A DNA stretch of 64,000 bases from Camelus dromedarius (taxonomy: Eukaryota): positions 12,588,001 to 12,652,000 of the forward strand of contig NC_087437.1 of the NCBI RefSeq assembly GCF_036321535.1, given 5' to 3'. The notes under the pieces were generated by a model. It was not told the DNA's origin. It saw only the letters and a list, made by a program, of their open reading frames with translations, and made no database searches. The position numbers and the translations under genes were made by a program. Below, piece after piece: positions 52,383-64,000 of this stretch. Each line of letters starts with the position of its first letter. The first letter of the stretch is position 1.

Positions 52383-53384
52383 CTGGAAGCCCCCTTCACA
52401 GCACTCCCCATGTCGTGGTGTCACATATGAGAGTGACAGACATGCCTAAGGACCCTAGAGCCAGGTTTTCTGAGTTCAAAGACCAATTATATCACTTGCG
52501 GGATGGGGCAGGTTCCTTACCTTTCTGTGCCTCAATTTTCTAATCTGCAAAATGGGCATAATACTTCCCCATCAGGGGGTTGTGAGGATGGAATGAACTG
52601 ATATGAAGGGAGGGCTTCAGTGAGTGCCCCAGAGCAGCTGTGGAAGTTGTATATGTGTTTTGTTTTTTGGGGGGACGTTGCTTTCGGAGGGCAGGAGCCA
52701 TCTGGAAGGGAGCATGAAGTTATCCGCTGGTCCCCTGGCAACCAGTCAGCTGCTGAGAGTGTCCCAGACTTGGGCTCCAAAGCACAGCAGATGGAGATCT
52801 GGCTTTGCAGAGGGTGGGTTCTGTCACCGCACAGCTCAACCAAGTGCCCCCTCCTGGTGCCGTGCTCACTGAGGTCCCCTTCCCCCCAACCTCTCACTTT
52901 CTAGCTTGATGTAGATGCTCAACGGTGGCAGCTTATCATGCCCTCCCTCCCTCCCAGGTAACCCCTGGAGCTGTTTCTCCCTGGAGTTTAATTTTCCAGG
53001 GGGGCATGGCTTGGTGGGGGCTTGCAGACACGGGTCCCTCAGGCCCGCTGGCATGGGATGTGGGTAATGTGTTTGTGGTCCCTCTCTTTGCTTTTCTGTT
53101 TATTCCACTAAAATCTTGACGATTTTCAAACAAGGGGATCTTGGGCCTCAGGTTTCTAGAGTGTAGAATGGAATTATAATGGCCACCCCTCCCGGTTCAC
53201 TGTGGAACTCTGAGCTAGAATTCTTCAGTTGCTTAAGGCAGCGGCTGCCACCTGCTAAGCAGTCAGTGGGCGGTGATGCTGTGACAGCCGAGTCAAGGGG
53301 TCGAGGTGCCATCCTGGTCAGAGCAGTTCCTAGTGTCCAGTGACTCACGTTGTCCCTCAGGGCTTTGGGACTTTGTGGCTGATC

Positions 53385-53960
53385 TTATTGTTTTAAGGCA
53401 TAATTCACATAGCGTAATACTCATCACCTTCAAGTATGTGGTCCGGTGGTCTGTAGTTTATTCACATGGTTGTACAACCATTACCACTGTCTAATTCCAG
53501 AACATTCTCATCTCCCAAAAGAAACCCTGGTCCCATTACGCTGTCACTGCCCATCCCCCCACCCCCGCCTTCAGCAGCCACTGACCTGCTTTCTATGAAT
53601 TTGCTTATTGTGAACATCTCATATGAGCAGAGTCACATGAATAGCAGAAGCCTTTTATGTCTGGCTTCCTTCACTGAGCATCATGTTTTCAAGGTTCATC
53701 CGAGTTGTAACACGCATCTGAATTTCATTCCTTTTTGTGGCCAATAATATTCCATTGTATGGATAACCAGTTTTACTTATCCATTCATCAGTGGATGGAC
53801 ATGTGGGTTGTTTCTACTTTTTGACTGTTAGGAATCACGCTGCTATGAACATTTGCGTGCAGGTTTGCACGGACATGTATTTTCTGTTCTCTAGGGTGTC
53901 CATTGAGCACTGGAGTTGCTGGATCATGTGTTTAACTTTTGGAGGATCTGCTAAACTGTT
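53385..53960 (-). mobile_element. L1MB-like 3' end
   Basis: 'ttcacatggttgtacaaccattaccactgtctaattccagaacattctcatctcccaaaagaaaccc...gtctggcttccttcactgagcatcatgttttcaaggttcatcc...aataatattccattgtatgga'. Confidence 0.88.
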
Positions 53961-55720
53961 TTCCTTGGGGCTCTCTTTCAGAAGGACCATCTTGCTTAAA
54001 TAGGACTTTCGTGTTTAAGGGTCCCCGGCAGGGCCAGGATGGGTGGGGGGCTCTGACAGCCAGCCCCCAGAGCCGGGTGCTCACACAAAGCCTCAGGCCG
54101 CAGCCTCCCCTCCCAGACCAGGATGCCCGCGGCCTTCCACACCCCCTTCCTCTGTCTGGTTTCTCTCATACTGACTGTGCTCCCTGCATTCTCCCTGCAT
54201 TAAACCACGCTGCTGCCTCGCCTGCATCCTGCACTTGCGGGCGTGTTCTGAGCAAGCAGCCTGCCTGCGTGTGAGGCTGAGTTACCTCAAACTGTCTTGA
54301 CCCACTCTTCCTAGATCTGGAAATGTTCTGAGCCAAACAACAGTGTCATTTCAGAGTCCTGGGGAAGAAAATCACCTGCAGGGGTTTTCTTTTCAAACTT
54401 GCTTAGGAAAACGCGAGCCCTCGTGAGGAAAGGCCTCGTCCACTGTGCTGACCTAGGCACATCCCATAGGCTCTGTTTCTTCATCTCTAAAATGGGTTCA
54501 ACATTGGCTACCTGGTAAGGGAATGGAGTAAGACACTGTGGATGCAGCTACCAGTACAGTGTTGGCTGCCCTCCCTGCCCAGGCGTGAGGGGCCCAGGGC
54601 TTTTCAGTACCACTCATCACCCTGCTTTTTCCCTCCCTCCCTGCCTCTTTCTCCCCATCTCTCTCACCTTTCACTCTGTCTGCCTTTCACTCTGCCCTCA
54701 GCTCTGGCCCCAAGTGGCCCTAGGGTCCCTGAAGTATAGACCCCAACCCAGGGAGCTGCCAGCTCTCAGATCGCCCAGTGCTCTCAGGGAGGACCCAGGC
54801 TGAATCCTCTTAAGGAGGATCAGATTATACCGTGGGTCACTGGCAGCACAGATCCCCAGGTCAGGGCAGCGGCAGGCACAGTGGACTGCGTCTAGCATGG
54901 CAACGCTGGGTCTCCGGCAGTGTGGGCCGCCCAGAGGGGTGGCACAATCTGGTTTTATCTGCCAGTCTCCTTCCCCAAGAGACCCCCTCCAGAGCCAGAG
55001 CTCTGAGTGCCCCTTGGGTCTGAGTCACCTAAGAGGCTGTGCTATGGGGGGGGGGGCAGGGCTTCCATGGCCGTGACCACCCAGCACTGAGTTCAGGATC
55101 ACATCTGGGAGGGCCCGGGGCCAGACAGGATGCAGGCACAAGGGCTGCGGGTGGATAAGAGGTGGATGAACGGACAGATTTCCAGGCCGAGTTCATAATG
55201 CATGGGTTATTATTTTTAAATACTTTATAATAATAAATAATATGATTAATACATAAAGTTTTGGAAGCAGGAAAACATGAAGGGACAAAACTCATAATCC
55301 CATCACCTTGAAGATGAATTTCTTCAAAAATGACAGTTAATTCAGAAAACTCACAAGCAACAACATGAACCAAAAGGTCCAACTAGGAATCACTGGCTCT
55401 GCTCCGGGACGTCTCTCAGGCCATCCCCTCTGGAACTGGGCGGAGCGTGCCAGGAAAAATTCTCTCCTCAAGGAACTAGTCCACATAGCAAGTTCCCTCC
55501 AATCCAACAAGCTCTCGGCCCTCTGGGTGAGCTAAGCTTTCTTTAGGAATCGCCGGCAGCGTGCACAGCAGAAAGACAGGCCTCCTGGCCGCCAGCCCCT
55601 TCCCTCGGGCAATGTGTGGTTTAGGGCGCCTTCCCCCCCAACCGGTTCCCACCCACAGGCGGCTGCGGGCAGCGCAGGCCCGGCCACTAGTGACCCTGCT
55701 CTGTCTTGTCTCGTTTGCAG

Positions 55721-55881
55721 CTGTCAGGAATGACAGGAACAAGAAAAAGAAGGAGCCTTCGAAACAGGAATGCACAGAGAGCTATGAAATGACGGCCGAG
55801 CTGGACGATCTCACAGAGAAGATCCGAAAAGCTCACCAGGAAACCTTCCCCTCGCTCTGCCAGCTGGGCAAGTACACGACG
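55721..55881 (+). CDS. RARB: RARB internal coding exon (end of DBD/T-box, hinge, start of LBD), 161 bp
   Basis: Translates (S)[53 protein letters not shown], the RAR-beta hinge (distinct from RARA/RARG). Preceded by a pyrimidine tract and TTTGCAG (AG at 55719-55720), followed by GTGAGC at 55882. Starts in phase 1, ends in phase 0. Confidence 0.98.
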
Positions 55882-55924
55882 GTGAGCGCGCCCGTCCCGC
55901 CCACCTGCCTGCCCCGGCGCACAG

Positions 55925-56052
55925 TGCGCACGCGCACTCAGTCGCGCTTGCGCACGCGCACACAGACGCACATGCGCACGGGCAAGCGCACACAGACGCA
56001 CATGCGCACGAGCAAACGCACACAGACGCACATGCGCACGGGCAAACGCACA
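55925..56052. repeat. CpG-rich minisatellite (three 30-bp units plus 24-bp variants)
   Basis: Unit CGCACACAGACGCACATGCGCACGRGCAAR at 55957-55986, 55987-56016 and 56017-56046. Confidence 0.92.
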
Positions 56053-57067
56053 AGCCAACGCCTTCCCCCGGCACTGGGCCTGTTGGGGACGTGGCTGAGT
56101 CGGGCAGCGCACGGTCACCTCCTCCAGGCCAGTCTCAGACAGTGAGTCGGTTGGGCCTTTCCTCTGACTCAGCCCTGCGCCTTCACTCTGGAAGCACAGA
56201 CCAGGCACTTACCACACGCCCAGCCACGTGCGAGGCCCTGCGAGAGGGTGAGTGTGGTGAGAGTGCTGCTCGCAGGGACCCGCAGTCAGGCGAAGAGGAC
56301 GAGTAAAGCCAGGGAGGTGTCAGGCGTCGTGGCGGACACCTGCACAGAGACCAGCGGGGACCGGAGGGCGGGGCTCAATCTTTCAAAATTAGCCCTCCGG
56401 CTGGAAGATTTCACCCCGGTGATTGCCCCCTCCCCACCCCCCACCGCCAGGCTTCCGAGAAGAGGGTGGGGGTGGGGGGGCCTGAAAAAGCTCAGGGGAG
56501 GCTGACCTTCCCCAGTGCGGTGGGCCCCTCTTCTCCCGGTGCTCCCCTAGGAATGGCTTCGCTGAGGCTAGAAATCAAGAGAAAGGGGAAGGAGAGAGGT
56601 GGAATCAGAAGGCAGCAGGCCTGCGTTGGCTGGTCTGGATGGCGGTGGAGATGCCATGAGGTACTTTAATTTTTTAAAGTGGGGTTTGCATGTCTTACAT
56701 TCACTGATGTATATTCCCAGTGTGAGGCACAGAATAGGCACTCAAATATTTGTGGACTGAATGAGTGAGTGTAACTCGAAAGTTGTCCTGGCTTCTTAAG
56801 TGGCTTTTGTTGCTCACCTAAGATGCTATAAATGTACTTAAAAAAAAAATCCAACTATGGCAGCATTTGCTGGTTTGATGACTGATGTGCTAGAAAAAGA
56901 GTAGTTTGAAAGGTCATGAAGATAAAAAGATGAAATGATGATGGCAGGAAAAAAAAAAGAATGGGGCTTGTGGGCTGGACAGTTGATGGCACGAACTTCT
57001 AAAGAGCTGGCGCCGGTCTTAGACGGCAGGTCCCCTGGCTGACCTGCCAACACAGGAAGGACCGGGA

Positions 57068-57230
57068 ACCCTGCTTCCCAAACCTCAGCTCGCTTACAAA
57101 GCACCTGGCAGTTATTAAAGTGCAGGGTCTGATTCAGCAGGTATGTGTGTGGTGGGGGGAGTGGTTTCTCACGCACTCCCAGGCACAGCTGGTGCTGCCG
57201 GTCTGCAGACCACACTCTGCAAAACAAAGG
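57068..57230. mobile_element. MER5A-like hAT-Charlie relic
   Basis: 'cttcccaaacctcagc...cacctggcagttattaaagtgcag...tctgattcagcaggt...gctggtgctgccggtctgcagaccacactctg'. Confidence 0.75.
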
Positions 57231-57489
57231 CCGTGAACCGTACTTTGCGTAGCAAGGCCCAGTGCAACCTTCTGGGCCCCCGGGCCCTGGTGTCAGGGAG
57301 AAGGAGAGATGCTAGCACGCCCTACTCGCCAGTCTGTGACGCTGTTGACCTGGCCTGCTGTTGATTCAGTGGACAAGTCCCCCTTGAGCTTGGGGGCACC
57401 ATCCACCCCAGAGCAGACATGAGACTGGGCAGCATAAGGGAGCTTTGATTTTTAACCTGGGAGGTAAAGCAGGCCCAGGGACCACAAGA

Positions 57490-57910
57490 CAGGAGGGTGT
57501 TGCTGTGAATCAAGAGCAGGGCTGGTGGAACCAGGTGAACGTGGTTTAAATCCTGCTCAGCCACCAACCAGCTGTGCGATTGTATGCAAGTGGCTTCACC
57601 TCTCTCGTCCTCATTTTTGTACATCAGTCTGTTAGTAATGGAGAGAATGGGCAGTCTGTGATCAGGGGTCTTTGGTATTGTTACCGTCATCATCATCATA
57701 GCGAATCCTCACTGAGCATTTACTCTGTAAAGGGGCCGCACTAAGTACTCCCAATACGTGAATTCTTTTACTTCTTTTGAGGACTCTGTGAGGTGGCTCT
57801 AATGCCCCCACGTCACAAAGGAGTAGATCATTTACCTTGTGTCCCACAGCCAATGAGTGGACTTGGACACGGTCTGACTCCAGGGGCATGTCCTTTAACC
57901 CCCCCACCAT
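57490..57910. mobile_element. MIR fragments (two, opposite orientation)
   Basis: 'ggtttaaatcctgctcagccacc...gctgtgcga...caagtggcttcacctctct...tcatt' and 'cactgagcatttactctgt...ctctgtgaggt...cacagc...gtctgactcca'. Confidence 0.65.
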
Positions 57911-60900
57911 AATGGGTTGCTGTTACCTAGGAATAAATCAGACTTTTTTCTCCAAAAGGCAGAGTAAAAGAAAATCACAGTAGGGAGGGCTTCCTGGAGG
58001 TGGAAACTTCTGAGCCAGGTCTCGTGGTGAGAGATAACCTGTGGGGTCATTTGCTGCCTCACCTGGGGCCCCACCCATCTTCCGCGGGGCAGGGGGCTAT
58101 CTTACTGTGGCCTTGTCAGCCCCCCAGACCCTGACTTACCTGGTAATCAGGTGAAGTGGCACCCACTCTAGTCTGGGGGTGGGCAGGGCAAACACGAGAA
58201 CATATACATTTGCTCCCTCCGAGAACACATGCCCTGGCATGGCCTGGGACCAAAACACAGGTTCAGGACAGCCCTCCCTCTGTCAGTCAGCAGCCCCAGG
58301 GACTCTGCTGGGCCTCTCTGGGCCCTCCCCCACCTTCCTGCCCCCTCTTGGATTCTTGTTTTGCCAAAGATCTGATTCCACCTGCTTCCAGGCCAGTGAG
58401 GCTGCCTGCCCGCCTGTCAGGGCCCTGCTGGCATCTGCATCCCTGTGGCTCACACTGCAGGCCGGGACCCTGCCGAGGGCTTTCTGTGGCCACTGGGGCA
58501 AGCATGGGTCCCATGGCGGGGCGGAGGATTGGGGAGTTGATGCTCCTGGGAGCAGTCCCCACCTAATGGCAAAGAAAGGGTACCTCCTGGGTATCTCTGA
58601 ACAGTCTGGCAATTTCCTTCTCAGGGTAAGAGTCCCCTTCCCCATTCCTCTCCCAGTGCTTCCTGGGAGCGCTTTCCAACTAAGCTGCTTGTGTTCACAT
58701 CCTGGTTTCAGGGTGCTTCTAGCCCTAGACAGGGGCTTCCCCAAGAGCCACCAGCACCCCTTCCCATCTCCTGCTCCATCGGTCCCCAAAAATGGCCTGC
58801 CGCCCTAAACACTGCAGGAACTTTCTGCCCCTCCTTTGATTCCACAGGGAAAGTGGACATACAAATTCCACCTCTAGGGGGCTGTCCCTGACCGCGGGGT
58901 GGCCTGACCGTCTTGCAAATGCCACTGCCCGTGCACGGAACCCAGGCTGTGCGGACGCAGCCTCTCCTTCGGCTTTTCTCTTTGTCTCTGCTCTCTCTAC
59001 GCAGATCTAACTCTGTTTTTATTGTAAGCAACTTTCCACCCCTTCTGGAAGTTGGTGTGGATATAAATAAGTAACAGCAGCCATGACACATTCCCCGCAA
59101 GCCCGTGGTTACAGATCGAGCATTTTCTATACGGAGCTTTTCTGAGGGAAAGCTTCCGGCCGCCTTCACCAGGCCGGCAGCCCTGTCAGATGCCTTTGGA
59201 GCACGTGGGCAGAGAGGAATGAAGAGGCAGCCAGCTGCCCACCTACAGATCCTCGGAAGAGTAGTTCCTTTTTCATTCCCTAATTAGGGTAAATTTGGGT
59301 TACTGGTCAGGCCCCAGGAGGCAGCAGAAACGGGAGGGGACAGCAGGACCCCAGTCCCCCAACCTCATTGCCCGGGCCTGGGCAGGACGGTCACCCAGGC
59401 TCAGAGCTGGGTTCCTTGGGGAGGCTTCTAACCAGTGACCTTCCTCAAAAACAAGCGGGTGAGGGGCACTCCTTGGGGGGCGCAGGGGCGGGGCTACAGC
59501 CAGCTCCAGGGATGGTGACTGCCTCCTTAGCAACGGTGGCATTCGGGCTCAGGGCCCCCAGACCTTCAAATCTCGCCTGTGCTGTTTAGGAGCTGCGTGA
59601 TTTTGGGGCCATCACTTGAGCCCCAGCTGCCTTGAGTATGTAACGGGATTTGAACAGTTATCCATCGTGGGGCTGCTGGGGAGGTTAAGTGGGGAAAGTA
59701 TTCCAGAGCACCTTGTGCAGTTTGGGCACAGAGACGTGCAAAATGGACAAGTCTCCTCCTGTTGACCATGTATGAATGCCTTGTCATTTCTTAGAGCCAC
59801 ATGCCCAGTCCTGGAAAAGTAAGCGTAGGTGGGACAGCCAGGTGGTCCCAGGAGGCATGGCCACAGCTGGGCCATCTGCTCCCTCTTCTCTCCGTGTGCC
59901 GGCCGTTCACCCATCTCAGGCTCCATGGGACACAAGGTGCCCTCGGGATGGGGAGCTGTGGAGATGTCGGGAGCCCTTCATCCACTAGAAAGAGCAACCA
60001 CCTGCAGGATCCTGCAGCCACCCCACATCCAGCACCTGGAGCACTGGTCCAGCCTCCACCCTGTGGCTTGGGCCCCCAGGCCACACCCTGCACGCCACCA
60101 AGGCCCAGGATTCTGAGAACACCAGGATGTCCAGAGGGGCCGTCCCAGCCCAGGAATCTTGGATGTCGAGGACCAGGAGCATCCCTGAAACGCTACCTTC
60201 AAGAAAATCCTACAGTGTCACCCTTGCTTCTAGCCAGACTCCAGGCCCACAGAGACCCCTGTCCGGGCCCCGGCCCTGTGTTTCCCCTGCTCCCCTGCAC
60301 TGGCAGAGCAGTTGCCAAGTTGCTTCCTCCCAGCTGTTGAAAGCGTCTGGGGTCTGAGGACCGTGCAACGTGCACTGGGGGCCTCTGGGCCTTGCCCTCT
60401 GAGGATGGACAGACAGGCTAGTATGTTCGCATGTTTGTTGACCATAGAGAGATGCTGGCCTGGCATGTCACACTCTCTTTGTGGCCACGCTGGGTACCTT
60501 TCAGCATCTGGAGTCTCCACCCAGGAGACAGGTGTCAGCAAACAAAGTTCCAGCCGGGATGGAGACTGGAGGGTGCCTGAGATGGTGGGCCCGGTGCTGG
60601 AGCTCAAACTGCCTCTCTTCTCTGGGCCTCAGCCTCTGCGTTCACCTCCACGGTGACAGTACACCTGCCAGATGGGGGCGTCGTGAGAATTAGAGGAGGT
60701 CGGAGAACAGTGCCTGGCTCGAGGTGAGCCCCAGAGAAGAGGCCGGTCCAAGAGAAACAGCCTGTGGAGATGCGGCGTGTGGACAGCGGGGACCTTCTAC
60801 ACACACAGCTGGAAGGGAAGTCACTTCTCAGCACGGTCGGAGGGCGAGGACTTCAGGCCTGAGCAGGAAGGAGCCAGCTCAGCAGGTGGCCCGGGCCTTT

Positions 60901-62144
60901 TGTTCCTTTTACAAGATGCTGCGGCTCCTCTCTAGCCCAGGAGGAGGACAGGCAGCCCTGATTAAAGCCCTGTGGTGCCTGGAACTGCCGCGAATGGGCT
61001 TTAAAGACACTGGGGATGCCACCGCCACCTGTGGGGCTTTTTCTGTCAGAAAAGCAGCAGAGAACCAAGCTGGCAGGAGGAAGGGATCCACTTGTGTGAC
61101 CAAAACAGCCATTTAATTGGAATCCTCTCAGGGTTGGGCTCCACTGCTGCTATAGTAGCCGGGGGGCCCTGCCCCGGCCCTGTGTTCAGCGTTGGGGAGG
61201 GTGGGCTGGGATCCTGCCTGGAGGGGCTGGGGGGTGGGTGCTGCCTCTGCCCTCGGCTCTCCCAGCGTCCCCCCACCCCAGTTTCTGAAAGCACCGCCCC
61301 TGTGCTCCCCTACCCGCTTCATCACCGCCCCAACCAGCCGAGCTCTCCACTGGCTGCCCTGGAGGATAATATATAAGCCATTTTAAACCTCATGCCTATG
61401 AATCCAGCACCCAGTATAATAAAGCTCTGGGTTATTTTGTGTTTTATTAACTGCCCCTTCCCTTCAGTTTGCATAATGGTGAGTTAGATTTACATGCCGT
61501 TAAGATGGCTGTGCATTATTTTTAATAGAAGGTGCGGTAGGCCCGGTGCGTGGTGAAGTCGCCTCATGCGAGGCTGATGAAGATGTGGCTCACACGGGCC
61601 GTGCCCGCAGTGCCTTTTTTTCCAGATGGATGCTCTGTTGTAAGATGATTTCCTGCTGTCTGCCCCCCTTCCCTGTCATCTTCCCACCAACCTGACAAAC
61701 CACCGAGTACATTTAATTACAGACCCAGTGGCCACACACCTTGGCCTCGCACTCCACTGGGTGCACCTTGTCGCCAAGCCCTTGGGGAGGGGTGAAGTCA
61801 CCCCAGGATGCTCACCCACTTTCTGCAGGGAACACTGTGGGAGGGGCCGGCCAGCACCTTTTTCAGGGCTTCCGTGGCCTCCCTTGTGCAGACTTTCTTT
61901 TCCTGCTTTCCTCACCACCCTTAAAAGCACAAGCTCGTTTTACAGGCTCTGCGGCCTGTCATTGAGGGGAGGAACCCGTGTTGTGGGGTTGGGGTGCCTG
62001 GTGTCCACATGTGTCAGGGCCCAGACGCTGGCCTGGGACCCTCCCTGTCCAGTCTGCCTCCAGGGCCTGCAGAGGCCACGGCACAGAGCAGCCTCCTCAC
62101 AGGTTAGTTGTCCTGAGACTAAAAAACACGCATAAACTTAGGGA

Positions 62145-62830
62145 AACTTCATTCACTCACGAATTCATTAAAATGTTTTTGAGCCCTTACTGTGTGCCAG
62201 GCACTGTTCTAGACACTGAGGACACAGCAATGACAAAGGAGACAGGAAGCAAATGGGAGAGTGGGTTGGGGGCTGAGGGCTGGCAGTGGAGCAGGTCTGG
62301 ACTGTGGAGACAAGAAGCAAATGGGAGAGTGAGTTGGGGGCTGAGGGCTGGCAGTGGAGCAGGTCTGGAGTGCGGGGGGACAGGCAGTGCAAGGGTCTGC
62401 AGAGTGGGGGCGGGGGGATCAGGCTTGACCAGACTGGAAGGATGGGGAGTGCGTCACGCAGGAGTCTGGGGCCAGAGCAGGCCCGGTGGAGGGGCCGTCA
62501 GTGCAGAGACCCAGAGGTAGGGCCATGCTACCTCGTCCAGCGAGAGCAAGGGGGCCTGTGGAGCAGGGGGAGAGTTGGGGAGAGCCAGGGGGACATGATC
62601 AGAGGGCAGGATGGCCTTGCAGGCCATTGAGAGAACATTGCCAGAGTGAGATGAGAAATTGGAGATTTTGATCAGCGCAGTGATTTGCTCAGACTTGTTT
62701 GAAAAGGATCCCCTTATTCCTTTGGGAAAAGAGCAAACCATGAGGAGGCCAGCGTAGAATGAGGGAAAGCCCAGCAGGGGCTGTTCCTATAACCCAGGTA
62801 GGAGGTGATGGTGGCTGTGAGTTGGGACCT
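62145..62830. mobile_element. L2 fragment
   Basis: 'ttcattcactca...gagcccttactgtgtgccaggcactgttctagacactgaggacacagcaatgacaa...ccttgcaggccattg...ccaggtaggaggtgatggtggc'. Confidence 0.78.
62238..62369. repeat. 68-bp-period tandem duplication
   Basis: GGAGACARGAAGCAAATGGGAGAGTGRGTTGGGGGCTGAGGGCTGGCAGTGGAGCAGGTCTGGA at 62238 and 62306, with 2 mismatches in 64 bp. Confidence 0.92.
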
Positions 62831-63349
62831 CATCTCTAAGTCTAGACAGTTCTTTCTGGGGAGAATGTGGAATGCTCAGACCTGTACCATCTCAGGCCCT
62901 AACTGAACATTAGTCAGAATTCTTCCTGTTGCAGGTGATAGAAACCAAACTCGAATTGACTTGGGTGAAAAATTACATCCTGGTGTGGATCAGGCGTGGC
63001 CGGACCTGGCCCCTTGGTACCGTCAGGAAGGCTGCCGGTCTGACCCGACAGTGGTCTCGGCTTGCGTCTGAATTGGGTACATTAATTCATCAGGGTTGCA
63101 AAACAGTGAATCCTCCTCCTATCTTTATTTCGTTTATGAGCTGGAGTAATTGCATAGAGATTCCCTGCATCTGTTACTTGATAACCCAGGGATAAAATTT
63201 TGAGCATTTTTAAAAGATGAATCTGAGCTAAAAAGTCAACCCCCTCCGAGGCCTCCGGGTGAAGACTGAGTCGTCAGCCCACTTCAGTTCCCTGACTTCC
63301 GCCGGGCTTCCTGGCAGATACCCCTGACCGTGTTTCCTCTCCCTGTCAG

Positions 63350-63526
63350 AATTCCAGTGCTGACCATCGAGTCCGACTGGACCTGGGCCTCTGGGACAAA
63401 TTCAGCGAGCTGGCCACCAAGTGCATTATCAAGATCGTGGAGTTTGCTAAGCGTCTGCCAGGCTTCACCGGCTTGACCATCGCAGACCAGATCACCTTGC
63501 TGAAGGCCGCCTGCCTGGACATCCTG
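63350..63526 (+). CDS. RARB: RARB internal coding exon (ligand-binding domain), 177 bp
   Basis: Translates [59 protein letters not shown], containing the nuclear-receptor LBD signature FAKxLPGF..L...DQ..LL. Branch-like CCCTGAC at 63322-63328, pyrimidine tract, CAG acceptor (AG at 63348-63349), donor GTACGT at 63527. In frame with the previous exon. Confidence 0.98.
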
Positions 63527-64000
63527 GTACGTGCCCCCTGCTCGCGTGGGTCGGGTGAGCGGGGAGGATGGGATGAGATGCTTTGAGACCAGAGGCTCTG
63601 CTTCCCCAGCCGCTCTTCCTGCCGCTGGTGGCCGAGGGCTCCCCGGAGCTGGTGTGGGAGTCCTCCGTGGCCCTGGGAAAGGGCCCAGCAGCCCTGCTGT
63701 TCTCCCACTGTGGCTTCCAGCACCCCAGAGGGGTGAGGGCCCCATCGCAGCCCAGCCTCCGCAGACCTCTGCCGGCTGCGTGCCCACCCCTCTCTCCCTG
63801 ATGTGGCCCCGGTGATGGGGTCATCGTGCTGGCTGGGCTGGCTTCCTTGCACAGGGGACGTTGGAGGTGGCAGGGGTGTGTCCTGCCTGGGAAGGTGTGT
63901 GCTTTTGGGCCTCTGGAGGAAGTGGGAGGGGAGGCTGGCCCCCACGGGTTCATCAGAGCGTAGGGAAAGCGGTTAGCTTTTGAGGTATTTTAAAAATAGA

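Larger units (their letters stand above)
1..55720 (+). other. RARB: 3' part of the long RARB intron preceding the hinge exon (upstream zinc-finger exon lies outside the window)
   Basis: No exon encoding the second zinc finger (GFFRRSIQKNM...CQYCRLQKCFEVGMSKE) was seen in the window. The region is repeat-rich and ends in the acceptor at 55719-55720. Confidence 0.85.
55882..63349 (+). other. RARB: RARB intron, 7468 bp, GT-AG, phase 0
   Basis: Lies between the two exons, and splicing it out gives continuous ...GKYTT/NSSADH... Confidence 0.96.

Noticed and set aside
55753..55761. Hinge reads KEPSK where I recall human having KETSK
   Set aside because: The hinge is variable and I recall Pro in mouse RARB, so it is not a novel change.
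55957..56046. CRISPR-like regular 30-bp repeats
   Set aside because: Head-to-tail units with no unique spacers, in mammalian intron DNA. It is a minisatellite.
58156..61400. Dense overlapping 100-200 aa ORFs on both strands
   Set aside because: Expected from stop-codon scarcity in GC-rich DNA, with no splice-consistent or homologous protein signal.
63284..63953. Long minus-strand ORFs overlapping the LBD exon
   Set aside because: Antisense shadow frames of a GC-rich exon with no protein similarity.

Overview
This is mammalian genomic DNA, most likely camelid, judging by a Vic-1-like tRNA-Ala SINE and the style of the L1 3' ends. It covers part of the retinoic acid receptor beta gene (RARB) on the + strand. 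Only two coding exons are present. 55721-55881 encodes the end of the DNA-binding domain, the hinge and the start of the ligand-binding domain (LBD). 63350-63526 encodes LBD helices 3-5. Both have canonical AG/GT boundaries and compatible phases. The first 55.7 kb is one long intron filled with transposon relics: a ~6.2 kb decayed sense-strand L1 with a nested insert, several TSD-flanked L1 3' fragments, an ERV1 solo LTR, MaLR LTRs, MER DNA transposons, L2/MIR, and simple repeats. The six-frame ORFs are almost all spurious or L1-derived. I found no convincing new biological system. The most interesting items are a chimeric young-L1/old-L1 insertion inside one perfect 17-bp TSD, a double L1 3' end inside one TSD, a CpG-rich minisatellite with five MRE cores just after a RARB exon, and some candidate regulatory patches. 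Repeat family names come from recall of consensus sequences, not from a database search.
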